DNA of 55,179 nt, filler included, from Sphacelaria rigidula (GCA_964200075.2; 6 parts of 6 records of this genome joined end to end with filler, not necessarily neighbours in it), one strand, 5' to 3'. Positions 1 to 11,504 are shown, counted from the first letter of the whole stretch. Notes: a model not told the origin generated them from the sequence alone. Numbers and translations: made by a program.

Positions 1-413
1 TGTGGAAGGATGTCTGACACACTTATGGGCCTCGTTTTTCCTGCAACCAAATCCCCCCCCTATCGTAGGATGACTCCCTGGATGAAAATGGACGACAACA
101 TGGAAAGATAAAACCCGTTAAAAAAGTCTATAAATCTCAAGAAGGTGAAGGTGATGTGTTTTCAAGTCTTTCATCATTATTACTACCCACACGGAGGAAA
201 CCGGGTGGAGAGAGGTGTAGCAGGTAAACGAGTGAGAGGTGAGGACATAAAGCGCCACCTCGTCACGACCGCTCACGAACCATAATCTCCAGCCGGCTCA
301 CGAGTAACTCCTGGTCATCCATTCACGATCCATGAACAACAAGTGGTTCTCAAATCTAGGAACTCGTAGTTCAACCCAATCACCTCCAGGACAGGTCATC
401 TGTTGAATCGACA

Positions 414-638
414 TGGGACGAAACTACGTCGTAACGTTGAGTAGGTAGTGATGATCTGGATAATGACCAGGGACACTAGGATGAGACCCTGGTGTGTCTA
501 GGAGGGGGCCTTGGAACGGCACTCCTGAATAATGAGAATGCTGTAAAGGCTGACAACTGACATTGAGGCCAGTAAGACTGGGGAGTCCCCCAACAGCAGT
601 GATCCTATCCACCAGCGCTTCTTCTGGCTGGCGTCACA
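414..638 (+). repeat. 5' LTR
   Basis: TGGGAC...GTCACA; aligns without gaps to 4811-5035 with roughly 23 mismatches (by-eye count). Confidence 0.93.
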
Positions 639-1197
639 ATATCGATATTGGTGCTAGTGTTAGTGCTAGAAACCTGCTGGAAAGGATTTCGGCGGAGTGA
701 GGCTGGTAGCTGGGGACAACCTGCAGCATCACGGACGCGTGAAGGGGGTTCAAGCTGGTGGTAGCTGCAGAAAGGCGGCTGACCTGTGATTGGTCCAGAC
801 TGGAGACTTGCTGAAGCTGCGTGCAGCGGGAGTTGAGAGGCTCCTACAACTGTGTGGTGCGGCGACGAAGCAAGGAAGAGTGCATTTCGCGAAGGTCCGC
901 GAACCTGCAAAAGGTTCGCTGATAGCCAGTTACAGCAATGGCGACACCCATGGTCATGCGGGAAGAGTTGCGACTTCCCCAATACGGGGATAGGTACTCA
1001 GAGAGTCCATCTCGCACTTTTATTACGAAGCACTTTGAGAACAAGAAGCGTGTGAAGCACGCTTACGCAGGGGGTGCTGTGCAGCATCAGGTGGTGCCAA
1101 TGGCTCAACAAGTGCCAACTTATGTGCAGAGAGTGTTTGCTTGTTTGGAGCATAAAAAGATCACGATCACCCCGCCGCAATTGGTTGCGGCGATCAA

Positions 1198-1923
1198 ATG
1201 CATGCTGGGCATGCGGCGGGCACTTGCTACTGTTGTGGCCAGGTCGGCCATTACGCGCGCGATTGCCCAACGTCTTCCGGTGGAGAGTCTGGGCAGTCTC
1301 ATGACGCGCGCCATCAGCATCGTCAGCACAAGGGCAAAAGACGAGGTAATCGTGGTGGCGGCGGCGGCGGATACTTCGGCGGTGGAGGGTCGCAGTCGAG
1401 TCCTCAGCAGCAGCAGCAGCAGCAGCAGCGTGGGTCTGGTTCTGGGCCCGGTGCCGCTGTAGGTGCTGCTGCTTCGCAACGGGCGGTGCAGGTGGGACCG
1501 ACTTCTACTGTGTCGAACACTGCGCTGGCGCCGGTGGTGGCGCCGGTGGCGACACTGGCAGCAGCGCCAGGCGCGACGCCTGCTGGCGAGCTGGTCGGAG
1601 GTCCGCCAAATTCTTGGTCCGCTGGCTGGGGGTCATACCCGCCGACGGTGCCGTTTGAACCTGCCGGGGAGTTTTCGCATGCCCAGCTTGCGCAGCCGTG
1701 GTGTCAAGTGGGATTAGCGGCGGCGCATCGGTCGGCGAACAGATTGCCAGTGGAGTTTGCGGACAGATACGTTCCTGCGAAGCTATATCTCCCAAATCAA
1801 CGGGAACGTGGCGCCATTGCGGTTTGGGCTGAGTGGGAGTCAGGTGCCCACTTGGCGGGTCATTTGAGTCTGTCAGTACATATTGTAGAGAAGATGTTGG
1901 AGCGGCGGTGGAACGCTCAGTAG
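1198..1923 (+). pseudogene. Gag fragment with CCHC zinc knuckle
   Basis: CYCCGQVGHYARDC fits CX2CX4HX4C, followed by Gly/Gln-rich low-complexity sequence; lies inside the LTR pair. Confidence 0.8.
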
Positions 1924-2697
1924 AGCGCGACCCGGAGATGTTAATGATTCCAGCGGGAGAGGAGTCCGCTCGGAAGGTCGCGCTGGAGGAGAGCGTGACG
2001 GATGCTGGGGCGACAGGCCTCAGCGTCTAAGAAGCGGAGCGCCTGCGCAGCATATTGCATTGCTGCGTCCACGCGTTTGGTCGTGCGCTGCGGGGTGATC
2101 CTGCTGCGCGCGTGGAGCCCATGCGTGTTCAGCTAAAACCTGGGGCGTCCGTGGCGAAGACGAAGTCGCGGTGGTACGATCCAGTGAAGTCGACTTGGTT
2201 GGCATTGTGCATGGCGGCTCTTTTGGCGCTCGGGTTGGTGTTACGGAATTTCTGGCGGGGTGGTCCAGTCCAGATATGGCGTTTCCGAAGAAGGCTGCAT
2301 CGTGGACGGAGGGCAGGCTGCAGGCGTGGCCGGCAGCGAAGGATCTGGTGGCTCATGCCGTGACGCTGTTCTATCCTCGTCCAGATTTTCAGGTGTTCAT
2401 GTTTCCGGATGCATTTGAGTGCCAGTGGGATAGTTTCGTCATGCGGGTGCCTACAGTTGAAATTCAAATGCCTGTGCGCGCTGTGGCTGTGTATGGTCCG
2501 TGTGAACCTGATGACTCGATGTCGTCCAAATCTGTCGTCCGCCAAGCGCAACGAAAAGACCTTGGGGTCGAAGATGCGGACATGCAATATTTCGAGTCGG
2601 ACGTTGGTACTGCTATCTTGGACATTGAAGGCCTGTTTCGAGTGCATGCGCGTGGCCGAAACGTTTTGTGGATTCCAAGCTCTGACAAGCAGTTGCA

Positions 2698-2951
2698 GAG
2701 CAATGCTACGATCGGCGTTGCACTTTTTTGTTTCTGGGTCTCGTTTTTGTAGGAGCCCAAATATATGGGGCTTACTGTGCAACCCAAATCTCCGGGGACA
2801 GGACATGGAGATGTACAAAGGGGCTTTTTTGTGAGTCGGCATCATTTTCAGTCTTTTTCAAGTGGAAATGATGCCGATTTTCAAAATGATCCATGAAACA
2901 CCCCGAGAAACATTTTCGCTCGAAAAGTGCAACCCTACCGTAGCATCACTC
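2698..2951. mobile_element. 254-bp non-autonomous TIR element (MITE) nested in Gypsy pol
   Basis: Left end GAGCAATGCTACGATCGGCGTTGCACTTTT versus reverse complement of right end GAGTGATGCTACGGTAGGGTTGCACTTTT. TGCA on both flanks. Removal restores K-Q-L-Q-V-R-L-M-M-C-A-H. Confidence 0.85.
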
Positions 2952-2955
2952 TGCA

Positions 2956-4041
2956 GGTACGTCTGATGATGTGCGCGCACATGCGCGACGCCGGGTATCG
3001 TGATGTGGCTGCGACGCTCGTGCGCTTGCAAGAGTTTCGTGTCTGGCAGGGGATAGAAGCTCATGTGCGCGAATTTGTCCGTCAGTGTCGTTATTACTGT
3101 GCTGACTCGAGGGCGGGAGATGTTGTCCCCCGCCCACTCGGTGAAACCGTCCATGGTACTACGCCGAATGAGGTCGTTCATTTTGACTTCTTGTACGTGG
3201 ACGAGAGTGGCCAGCTAGCTTCCCAAGGTTTGTCGTGGGATGCGGGGTTCGATACATTTTGGTAATTATGGATGATTTGAGCGACTTCGTAGCTCTTGAA
3301 CCAGTAGCAGTGTATACTGCTGAATCGACTGCTGCATCTTTGCTAAATTGGTGCAAAACTTTGGGGGTGCCGCGTGTGTGGGTGAGTGATACCGCCACGC
3401 ATTTCAGGAATGCGATCTTGGTCCGATTGCGAGAGGTTTTGCACGTTGATCACCAGTTTGCGGTGGCATATTCTCCATGGCCTAACGGCACATGCGAACG
3501 CATGGTCAGGGAAGTAGTTCGTGCTCTTTGCTCTATTCTTCTCGAGCAGCATAAAGCGGTTTCCGAGTGGGTGGACGTGTTGCCTGGGGTGCAATGGACG
3601 CTCAGTACAGTATATCATCGTCGTTACGATAGTACGCCGTACCACGCGATGTTTGATCGTCCTCCTCGGACGTCTTTTTCGGTGCTGGCGTCTTCGTCGG
3701 CGGGGGAATGGAAGTGTGATGTTCTGGACGATGTTCAAATTAAGCGTGCACTGCAAGGAGTCTTGGACTTGCAAGAACGTTTTCACGTTCAATTGCAGAA
3801 ACGTATTGCAGCTGAACATACGGGTAGATGTGAGGGGCCCTCGTCGGGGCTGGAACTACCGAATTTTGAGGTAGGTGATCATGTCCTGTATGCACGCGGG
3901 CGTCGTCCGGGTGTTACGCCCAAGTTGATGGCGACGTTGACTGGTCCATGGAGAGTGGTTGTTGCTCACCACCCGCACATGTTTGAGATTGTTTCGGTTC
4001 GTGTTCAGACCGCCCATGTAGCTTGTTTGCGTTTTATCTAG
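2956..4041 (+). pseudogene. Gypsy integrase (zinc-binding region, rve core, GPY/F-like motif), frameshifted
   Basis: MMCAHMRDAGYRD...VREFVRQC, VVHFDFLYV, YILVIMDDLS, GVPRVWVSDTATHF, AYSPWPNGTCERMVR, TGPWRVV; frame change near 3240-3260. Confidence 0.9.
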
Positions 4042-4081
4042 ATTCGCAGCTTAATGTTACGGCTGACGTTGAGGACATGCT

Positions 4082-4497
4082 CCTCGGCTCTACTTCTCCA
4101 ACTCCTCGCGACGTTAACACGCCTTGAGCTGGTCTTGTTTGCTCCAAACTGATCAGGCCTACAGACTTCCCTATCTTTGAGTGTCAGCTGCTTTCAGCGG
4201 ATCTCCCCCTAGTCAGAGGGCTTAATGAACGTTCATTATAGACTTCTGTCACTCAAGATCAGATCGCCATGTGAACTCCTCCCATCACGGGCACATGGAC
4301 TTCAGCAGCTTTAGTTATTCATGTATCAATCTTTAGCATATACAGGAGAACAGGACCACAGCCTCTCTCCACCAGAGTGGCAAAACCAAGCCTACTCTCC
4401 ATGGAGGTCACCCATCACAGAGTCTGGCAACCAAACCCGCAACTCCACCTCTGTCAGTGTCCCTAACCTTAGGTGACAATGGTGGCTAGAGTCTACA
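4082..4497. mobile_element. ~420-bp unidentified insertion between integrase and chromodomain
   Basis: Sequence with no pol-like translation, flanked by ATGCT at 4077-4081 and 4498-4502; pol-like translation resumes (AFNQGQF) after it. Confidence 0.5.
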
Positions 4498-4499
4498 AT

Positions 4500-4736
4500 G
4501 CTTTCAATCAGGGGCAATTTCAGATGGCTGCTATCGTGCGAGTGGCGGAAGCAGACGATCGTTCGTCGATCATGTCGGTCGATTGGTTTGGTTTCGAAGT
4601 CGAGGAGCGTACGTGGGAGCCTTTCAAGGATATTCTTGAGGTCGCTCCGGAATTTCTTACGAAGGAGTTGCGCAAATTGCGCGTGACTTGTGCCGTTGCT
4701 GCTCGCATTTCGAGTGAGTTCGGTGTTCAGTTGTGA
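4500..4736 (+). pseudogene. Chromodomain at the C-terminus of pol
   Basis: VDWFGFEVEERTWEPFKDI matches the chromodomain V.W.G....TWEP pattern; it sits just before the PPT and 3' LTR. Confidence 0.8.
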
Positions 4737-4810
4737 CTCACCCATCGTTTTGGCGTTTTTTATGTTTCAAGCTTGTTGATCGATTTTCGTCCAACGCGCT
4801 TTGGGGGTGC

Positions 4811-5035
4811 TGTGACAAAATCACGCCGTAACGTTGAGTTGGTAGGGATGATCTGGATAATGACCGGGGACACTAGGTTGACACCCTGGTGTGTCTAGGA
4901 GGATGCCTTGGAACGGCACTCCTGAATAATGATAATGTTGCAAAGGCTGACAACTGAAACTGAGGCCAGTAAGACTGGGAGGCCCCTCAGCAACAGTGAT
5001 CCTATCCACCAGCGCTTCTTCTGGCTGGCGTCACA
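4811..5035 (+). repeat. 3' LTR
   Basis: TGTGAC...GTCACA inverted termini; preceded by a short G-rich tract (TTGGGGGTGC, 4801-4810) in the PPT position. Confidence 0.93.
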
Positions 5036-5646
5036 GACATCACTTCCAGTTGAAAGTTACTGCCTGGCCCAGATGACCTACACTGGCGGTCGAAGGTTGA
5101 ACAAGATTGCATGGCCTGGTTCAACTTGTTGCTGATGTATAAGCCTTGGCAGCTCTTACACTACATCCTCTGCAAGCTACGTGGACAAGTTTTACTTCCC
5201 TACAGTATCCCACAATCAAAATCCATGGCGGCATGCTTTCTACCTCAATATCACGCGTAGTATCGTGCCTGAAAAGAGATCTTATGCAACGCAAAATATA
5301 AACTTTATACAATGAAACGGTAACTTTCACCTCCAGGGCAGGTTATTTGTTCAATCGACATGACTTTCAGTTGAAAGTTACCGCCTGGCCCAGATGACCT
5401 ACACTGGCGGTCGAAGGTTGAACAAGATTACATCGTCTGGTTTAACTTTTTGCTGATACATTAGCCTTGGCAGCTCTTACACTACATCCACTGCAAGCTA
5501 AGTGGACAAGTCTTACTTCCCTACAGTGTCCCACAATCAAAATTCATGGCGGCACGCTTTCTACCTCAATACCCCGCGTAGTACGTTGCTAAAAAAACAG
5601 AGTTTATGCAACGCAAAATATACGCTTTATACAATGAAACGGTAAC
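5036..5646 (+). repeat. ~321-bp tandem duplication; copy 1 is split by the Gypsy element (its first 33 bp are at 381-413)
   Basis: 5036-5324 aligns with 5357-5646, and 381-413 aligns with 5328-5360. Confidence 0.92.
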
Positions 5647-6213
5647 ATGATTGATGATGTCGTTAAACCGTCTCAAGGTGTACCCTATTGTGCCATAAAG
5701 CTGGCTTCTAGACGACAAACTGTAGAGTGTTGTCTGAAATCGCAGCAGCATGCACCCAGAAAGCGAGGAGCCATATGTGTCTACGCCATGGGAAGCATGC
5801 AACGGTACAAATGCGTCCATGTAAGACACGCTACAACTGTAAACGTTGTGCTCGGAATGAACACCAGCCGAGCCCCTCCGATTATTGCTCCCCCTGTACC
5901 GTACCTAGTTTCCGACCGCGTTGTACCCCAGCCCACTTCAGGGTGCAGACTCTAAGTCGCTGGGGGTTGTGACTCATGATATTGCTACCCCAGGCACAAA
6001 AAAACAAAATCCCCACTGCCCGAACATGTTCGTGCCCAACGCCAAATTTGACCGCTGCACCAATGCAGCTAGTGCGGCACAGGTGGAATGAATGCGCGCT
6101 ATCCCTCGACTTTCCCAAACACTATTAATTCAGCCGACAGTGATGCCGGATGCACTTCATACCTCGCGACTTCGTGATAGTCGAGGCTATGGCAACTTCC
6201 TTCAGCGCGGTGC

Positions 6214-8910
6214 CTAAGACGCGACCGTTGGGGAAGGGGTAGTGCCGGCAACCAAAGGAGAGGCCGTTTCTTGTGCGGCGGTCGATGGCGCCACGGTTGC
6301 TAGACCAGTATTTGAGGGAGTCGGAGTGACTGGGTCAACGGTTGAGGGGGAAAGCGTTTCCAGTTGGATGTTCGAAGGGGCAAAGATGTCTAGGCCAAAG
6401 GTCGAAGGAGCGGGGGTCGCGAAACCGCCGGTGGAAGGGGCTGGGGTTATGAAGTCTGCGTTTGAAGGGGCAAAGGTCACCAGGCCGACGGAGGAGGGGG
6501 CGGGGGTCGTGAGACCGGCATTGGAAGGACCGGAAGTTCCCACGTCAAGGTTTGAAGGGGCAGGGGTGTCGACGCCGAATGTGGTAGGAGCTGCGCTTGA
6601 AAATTCGGACGTCGTGGGAGCCGCGCTCGCAAAGCTGGATGTTGTAGGAGCCGGGGTCGTACCTGACACGAGCCAAGAATTACGATTTCAAGTATGGGTG
6701 AGAAATCCCACCACACGAGAGCGTATTGCAACATCTTATTTCGTATATCCTCACAATCTATCTGCATGCGTTGAAACGGCCTGCGTATAACCGCAGAGCG
6801 CTGGCAAGGTCCGCTGCAGGGCACAGGGTACACGATGAATGTTGATATTTTTCCGATCGTGCTGAACCAAGGCACATTTGTTCTCAATTGTTGTTTGAAT
6901 ACCCACACTCACCTAGCTCAGGACAACCGCCTCCGAGGAACTCCACGGTTACCGTGCGCGTTCCGCTGACCGAGTTACCGCACGAATCTTCTGCGCTCCA
7001 CGTCCGGATATATGTACAGGCAGTGCTGCGGGCGAGCCTCTCCTCCTCGTATATCTAGAGGATCAAGGAGGGACGGGACGATCCTATTAGTCGACGATCC
7101 AGCAACGAGTGACGCCGAGCAATGATTGACGTTCCCTGAATATTCAACATCGTGATAAATACCTGCCGAGATACAAGCTACGGATAGTACGAATGGGACA
7201 GCACCACTCCCGACAAAAAAAACGTACATCACTCACCACAGGCACCTCCAGTCCAGTGTAGGCATCGATGGCTGCAACGTTGGGATCCTCGCCAATCATG
7301 AAGTCGGCTTGGTCGACCTGGACCACGAGGTTATCTTCGGGGAGGCCCGTCAAACGCTGTTGTGGGTGAACATTGAAAAGAGCGGTGGAGGGAGAAACTC
7401 ACGTTAAGCGAGTATCATGTTCGTCTGGGATATACCCGAGCACTGTTGTGCGCCGAGAAAGATACTCACAAAAAGAGGTAACATATTGTACTACACGTGC
7501 AAATGTCCGAAGACTGCCACCAAAACTTCAAGACGGCTACGGTTATTCTTGACCTCGCCGTTCTTACCGGTGGTTCGGTGTCCTCCACTTGGTACGTTCT
7601 CTGCACTTCGACGGAGTTGAAGGCGAGGTCGCTGACTGTCCACGTACGTGTTAGCGTGAACGCGCATTCGTCGGCGCCCTTCGGATACAGCACAACCAAC
7701 GGCACGGATGAAAAGCTTCCAACGGCCAGCTACAGAGGGATCAGGTGCCCGCATTGACACCTGCTTGGTTTGACATACCCCTGCAATCATGCTCGTAAAA
7801 CCCGCAGATTATCGTTAAGGCGTTAGTACAGCGTGAACCCAACCCTTGCTACACTCGGCAGGCATCAACATCTGAGAGAGTGAGGATACTCAAATCTATC
7901 ATAGGTTCTTGGGAGGTAACAATGTGATCGATTGTTCACGTATCCTGCGATGTCATGGTACTACGCTGGAATGGTGTAAGGCAGACCTAAATCACACACC
8001 GTCGGTGAAACCACTTCGGTAGGAAGCACCGGACCACCTTCGAAGCAAGGGTCGTTGTCCGTCGAGGTCACCTGCGGATGGCAAGCCATGATGAAATTTC
8101 ACGTGGCAGAGGACAAACGTGATATCCAGGGGTATGTGTGACTGGAGGTGAGCGCGGCACAGGTAGGAGGGGCGATCGACGCTCGACCGAGCACGCTCGC
8201 CAGTAAAGTAAAGTAGTGCCCATTTTAAATCTCTAGAGGCGTCGTTTGCATCCTAACACTCATACTGGCTGCCACGAAAACTGCGTCTAGCTGCAAATGA
8301 GGAAGGACAGTAGTGAGACGGTATTCTACACATACTCAATCAAGCAATGTAGCAACGTCCGTTCGCACCGCACCAATGACGTCCGGATCACTCGCCTGTG
8401 GAGGGGTGGGTGCAACGCACTGGTACACCCTGCCGTCGGTGTCCTGGTTCGGCAAGTTGTGTAGCTCTGGGCTCTCGTCATCATACTGAGAAACGGGTTC
8501 CTAGGGTATTGTACAATGGGTGACCGGAACAGGGTGCGTGCGGAGAGATAATCAGTACACGATATTGGCTGTACCTAACAGTGCTGCAAGGGGAGCAAAC
8601 TACACGGAACATCGTTGAGCATGGCAAACAGTTACCCCCAACCACGTCAACTCCTGCAAACGCCGACGATGAACTGCACCCGACCACCCGCTGACCTAAA
8701 CTGCAACAAAAATGAATGTGGCGTTCACAATTTTTCGGTTGTTGCTGGCAAAACCCATGAACGCTAGGAACATATAATCCCACTCTAGTGACACTAGAAC
8801 ATCATCTCTGCAGCTCACTTCTGCGCCTATTTCCGGGTTCACGCAGTTGTTGAACAAGCAAGACTTGGGATACAGGGGGTTCCGAACGCAGGTCTGAATA
8901 CAGCAGTCTC
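6214..8910 (-). CDS. 3' part (7 exons) of an extracellular-type protein: Cys-rich GDCC segment, two HYR-like modules, Thr/Pro/Ala/Ser repeat tail; 5' end missing at the contig edge
   Basis: Exons 8910-8819, 8485-8396, 8071-8000, 7678-7568, 7356-7237, 7054-6913, 6662-6214 splice into one open frame with AG acceptors and GT donors (one GC). Translation: DCCIQTCVRNPLYPKSCLFNNCVNPEIGAE YDDESPELHNLP...PPQ VTSTDNDPC... CAFTLTRTWTVSDLAFNSVEVQRTYQVEDTEPP RLTGLPED... CTYIRTWSAEDSCGNSVSGTRTVTVE... GTTPAPTT...PSPTVAS*. Confidence 0.85.
6217..6662 (-). repeat. Coding 30-nt (10-aa) degenerate tandem repeat, about 14-15 units
   Basis: GTTPAPTTSS/FASAAPTTSE/FSSAAPTTFG/VDTPAPSNLD/.../FITPAPSTGG/FATPAPSTFG in strict 10-aa register. 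Confidence 0.9.
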
Positions 8911-9115
8911 CTGCGTATTATAAAAACCGTAAAAGGACATCGACGACACGACAGGAAGGAATGTGGGGACAGAGGGAACCGACAGGCTGATCAGAAATTA
9001 TTATTTTTGCAATGAATGTGATCGGGAGTTTGACGCTATACCGTCCTGCGCTGACGCTACGAGCTGGGCCAGCCTAAATACGGATTTAAGCTCTAAAAGC
9101 AATATCTCATCGACA

Positions 9116-9215
9116 NNNNNNNNNNNNNNNNNNNNNNNNNNNNNNNNNNNNNNNNNNNNTTAATTAATTAANNNNNNNNNNNNNNNNNNNNNNNNNNNNN
9201 NNNNNNNNNNNNNNN
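9116..9215. other. Artificial contig linker
   Basis: N44-TTAATTAATTAA-N44, with stops in all six frames. Confidence 0.97.
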
Positions 9216-9339
9216 CCAACCTGCGGAAGTTGCGTAATTACCCATAGAACATTCGTGCAAAATTTCAGGGTCTAACTCCTTAAAACGGCTTGAGGTTTTG
9301 CCGATGAGTGTTTCTTCGGTGATCAAAGTGAACCAGACT

Positions 9340-9530
9340 GTAGGAATTACTAATTATGGGGCTTAATCAACAAGGAAATATTGGCCCAGATTTTTGAGTA
9401 AATGGGCACCTTCCCCTTGATCCCTTGATTAGACGATTGATACGATATGCTGATCACGGCCCAACTCGTCTCTGTCGATGAGATACTACTTTGAGAGGTT
9501 AAGTCCGTTTTTCTGCTGCCCCAGCTCGTA
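9340..9530 (-). repeat. Dispersed repeat with TACGAGCTGGG terminus; related copies at 9057-9115, 18148-18329 and 36410-36755
   Basis: The reverse complement of 9340-9530 aligns with 18148-18329 and its start with 9057-9115; 36410 begins with the same terminus. Confidence 0.8.
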
Positions 9531-9565
9531 TTTTTGGCGCGTCTCAAAACTTTACTCTGGTAGCC

Positions 9566-9566
<1 letters not shown>

Positions 9567-9618
<52 letters not shown>
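9567..9618. repeat. (GT)n microsatellite
   Basis: About 26 uninterrupted GT units. Confidence 0.97.
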
Positions 9619-9621
<3 letters not shown>

Positions 9622-10783
9622 CATTCCATCTGGTAGTGTGTCTTATTATTTTATCCTATCTATTTTGGATGCCAGTCTACACCTTTCGTTGTATGCGGGC
9701 GCATCAGCCGGCGTCACATAGGAGGAAGGTCAATGTGAGATTGAGAGTGGAGGATATGATTGAGAGTAAAATCAAGGAATTAGTGAATTAATCGTTTCAG
9801 TTCCAAAATGCCCCTTTACGAGGCCCGAAATGCTTTCTGCAATAGCTTGCCACTAAGGTCCTTGATATCCCTGAGTAGGATATCGACGTGTAGCTGTAAG
9901 CACACGCCAGCGATGGAGGCAAAGAACAGCACACACGGACTGAAAAATTGGCTAGGCTAAACCGAATGATCAAAGCCACTCTCAATAATCAGCGCTCTAC
10001 TATCAATCTCACGAAAACGTTGTTGCAGGAGGAAGGCCACCACCGGAGTTATTATTATTTTTCTTTAGTACCACATCATCTTTTCTTCTGCGGTGCTTGC
10101 CTTATTTTCTCATCGCAAGAGGGATTCACCATTCCCTTTCCCTCGTCGACCATGAAGTCGAATTTTGTGAGTGTGTTTATTATTATTTCACCATTTTTTT
10201 CGTCTCTGGCGAAGATAATTGCATATTATATTATTTCTTATTTCGGTCATTTCTCATTGCAAGCCCAGCAATTTCTTCGTGCCCCTGACGCCAGTTATTC
10301 TTCATACATACGCACGAGCTTTCGTTGCACGTTACGGATAGATTTCCTGCTGCTCCATTCCTTACTATGTCCCATCTTTTGCGCTCAATTTCTGACGGCA
10401 AATTTCTCAGTTTTCCGAATACCTGAGGCTCAATTTCTTACGAAGACATTGGTTCTGAGCCGTGGGCGGGGACTGTTGTATCGTAGACGTCAGGGCTATT
10501 ATTGCTTCGTCGGCTACGCGGTCACTTGAGCAGAACCGGCGCGGCAGAATCGGCAAGGGCATGCATATAGACCCTGCATTATTAGTTAATACAGCGCGGT
10601 GCACATGTTTCAGATTCATCGAAAGATGAAGGCGAGGAATCAAAGCCCATATCGGTAGAGCGGCCCGTGGACTGGTTCGAGCTGCACGGGGTGCATGGTG
10701 CATGGCAAGGGGAATTTCAGCGTGTGGGAGTCCTTCAAGCCTACGAGCATTAAAATGATGTCCAACTTGAAAACAGTGCTTTT

Positions 10784-11504
10784 CCTGACCTAATGTTATG
10801 ACAAATGACTTTCATATACATGGACGACGTCATGCACCCGAACTCCCTGAAACAATTTCCTGCGATGTTCCCCGTCTTCCGTTCTCCCAAAGAGTATGTG
10901 CGACAGCATCTCCATGCCTCGACTCTGGGGTGAAAAAAGAGATGTTTTTGAGTTTTCAACCCTCTGATCGGGAGCGTAGGTCGAACCTGCTGAATCGTTG
11001 TCAATGTTCACCTGAGAAAAGTATGCATGATCCAGATGGACTACCCGCACCGCGGTGCTTACGCACATGTATACCCTTCGGGGCAACGGAAAACGGAGAA
11101 CCCTCAATACTAGTGTCAGGGAGGTCGGCCGATATGAGGCCGTCTTCCCTGACCTAATGTTATAACAAAGGACTTTCATATACATGGACGACGTCATGCA
11201 CCCGAACTCCCTGAAACTATTTCCTGCGGTGTTCCCCGTCTTCCGTTCTCTCAAAGAGTATGTGCGACAGCATCTTCATGCCTCGACTCTCTGGGGTGAA
11301 GAAAAAAACGCTTTTGAGTTTTCAACCCTCTGATCGGGAGCGTAGGTCACACCTGCTGAATCGGCATCAATATTCACTTGAGAAAAGTGTGCATGATCCA
11401 GATGGACTACCCGCATCGTGGTGCTTACGCACATGTATACTCTTCGGGACGACGGAAAACGGAGAACCCTCAATACTAGTATCAGGGAGGTCGGCCGATA
11501 TGAG
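10784..11504 (+). repeat. 364-bp tandem duplication; partial related copy at ~13540-13605
   Basis: CCTGACCTAATGTTAT...CATGGACGACGTCATGCACCCGAACTCCCTGAAAC starts at 10784 and 11148; both copies end GGAGGTCGGCCGATATGAGG. Confidence 0.93.

Larger units (their letters stand above)
414..5035 (+). mobile_element. Degenerate Ty3/Gypsy LTR retrotransposon with chromodomain (chromovirus-like)
   Basis: Two 225-bp LTRs (414-638, 4811-5035) flanked by GACA (410-413, 5036-5039). Internal order: gag zinc knuckle, RT/RNase H remnants, integrase, chromodomain. Frameshifts, stops, an apparent RT-core deletion near 2290 and nested insertions. Confidence 0.95.

Noticed and set aside
639..670. tRNA primer-binding site of the Gypsy element
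   Set aside because: The TGG is about 10 nt from the LTR end and I cannot assign a tRNA by eye.
6242..6790. 182-aa plus-strand ORF with EGAGV repeats
   Set aside because: Antisense shadow of the TPAPS-repeat exon, which has splice and domain support.
9160..9171. TTAATTAATTAA repeated every ~9.2 kb as a biological periodic signal
   Set aside because: Always centred in 44+44 Ns; it is an assembly linker.
9948..10529. 193-aa hydrophobic ORF
   Set aside because: T-rich low-complexity sequence, non-ATG start, no motif or splice support.
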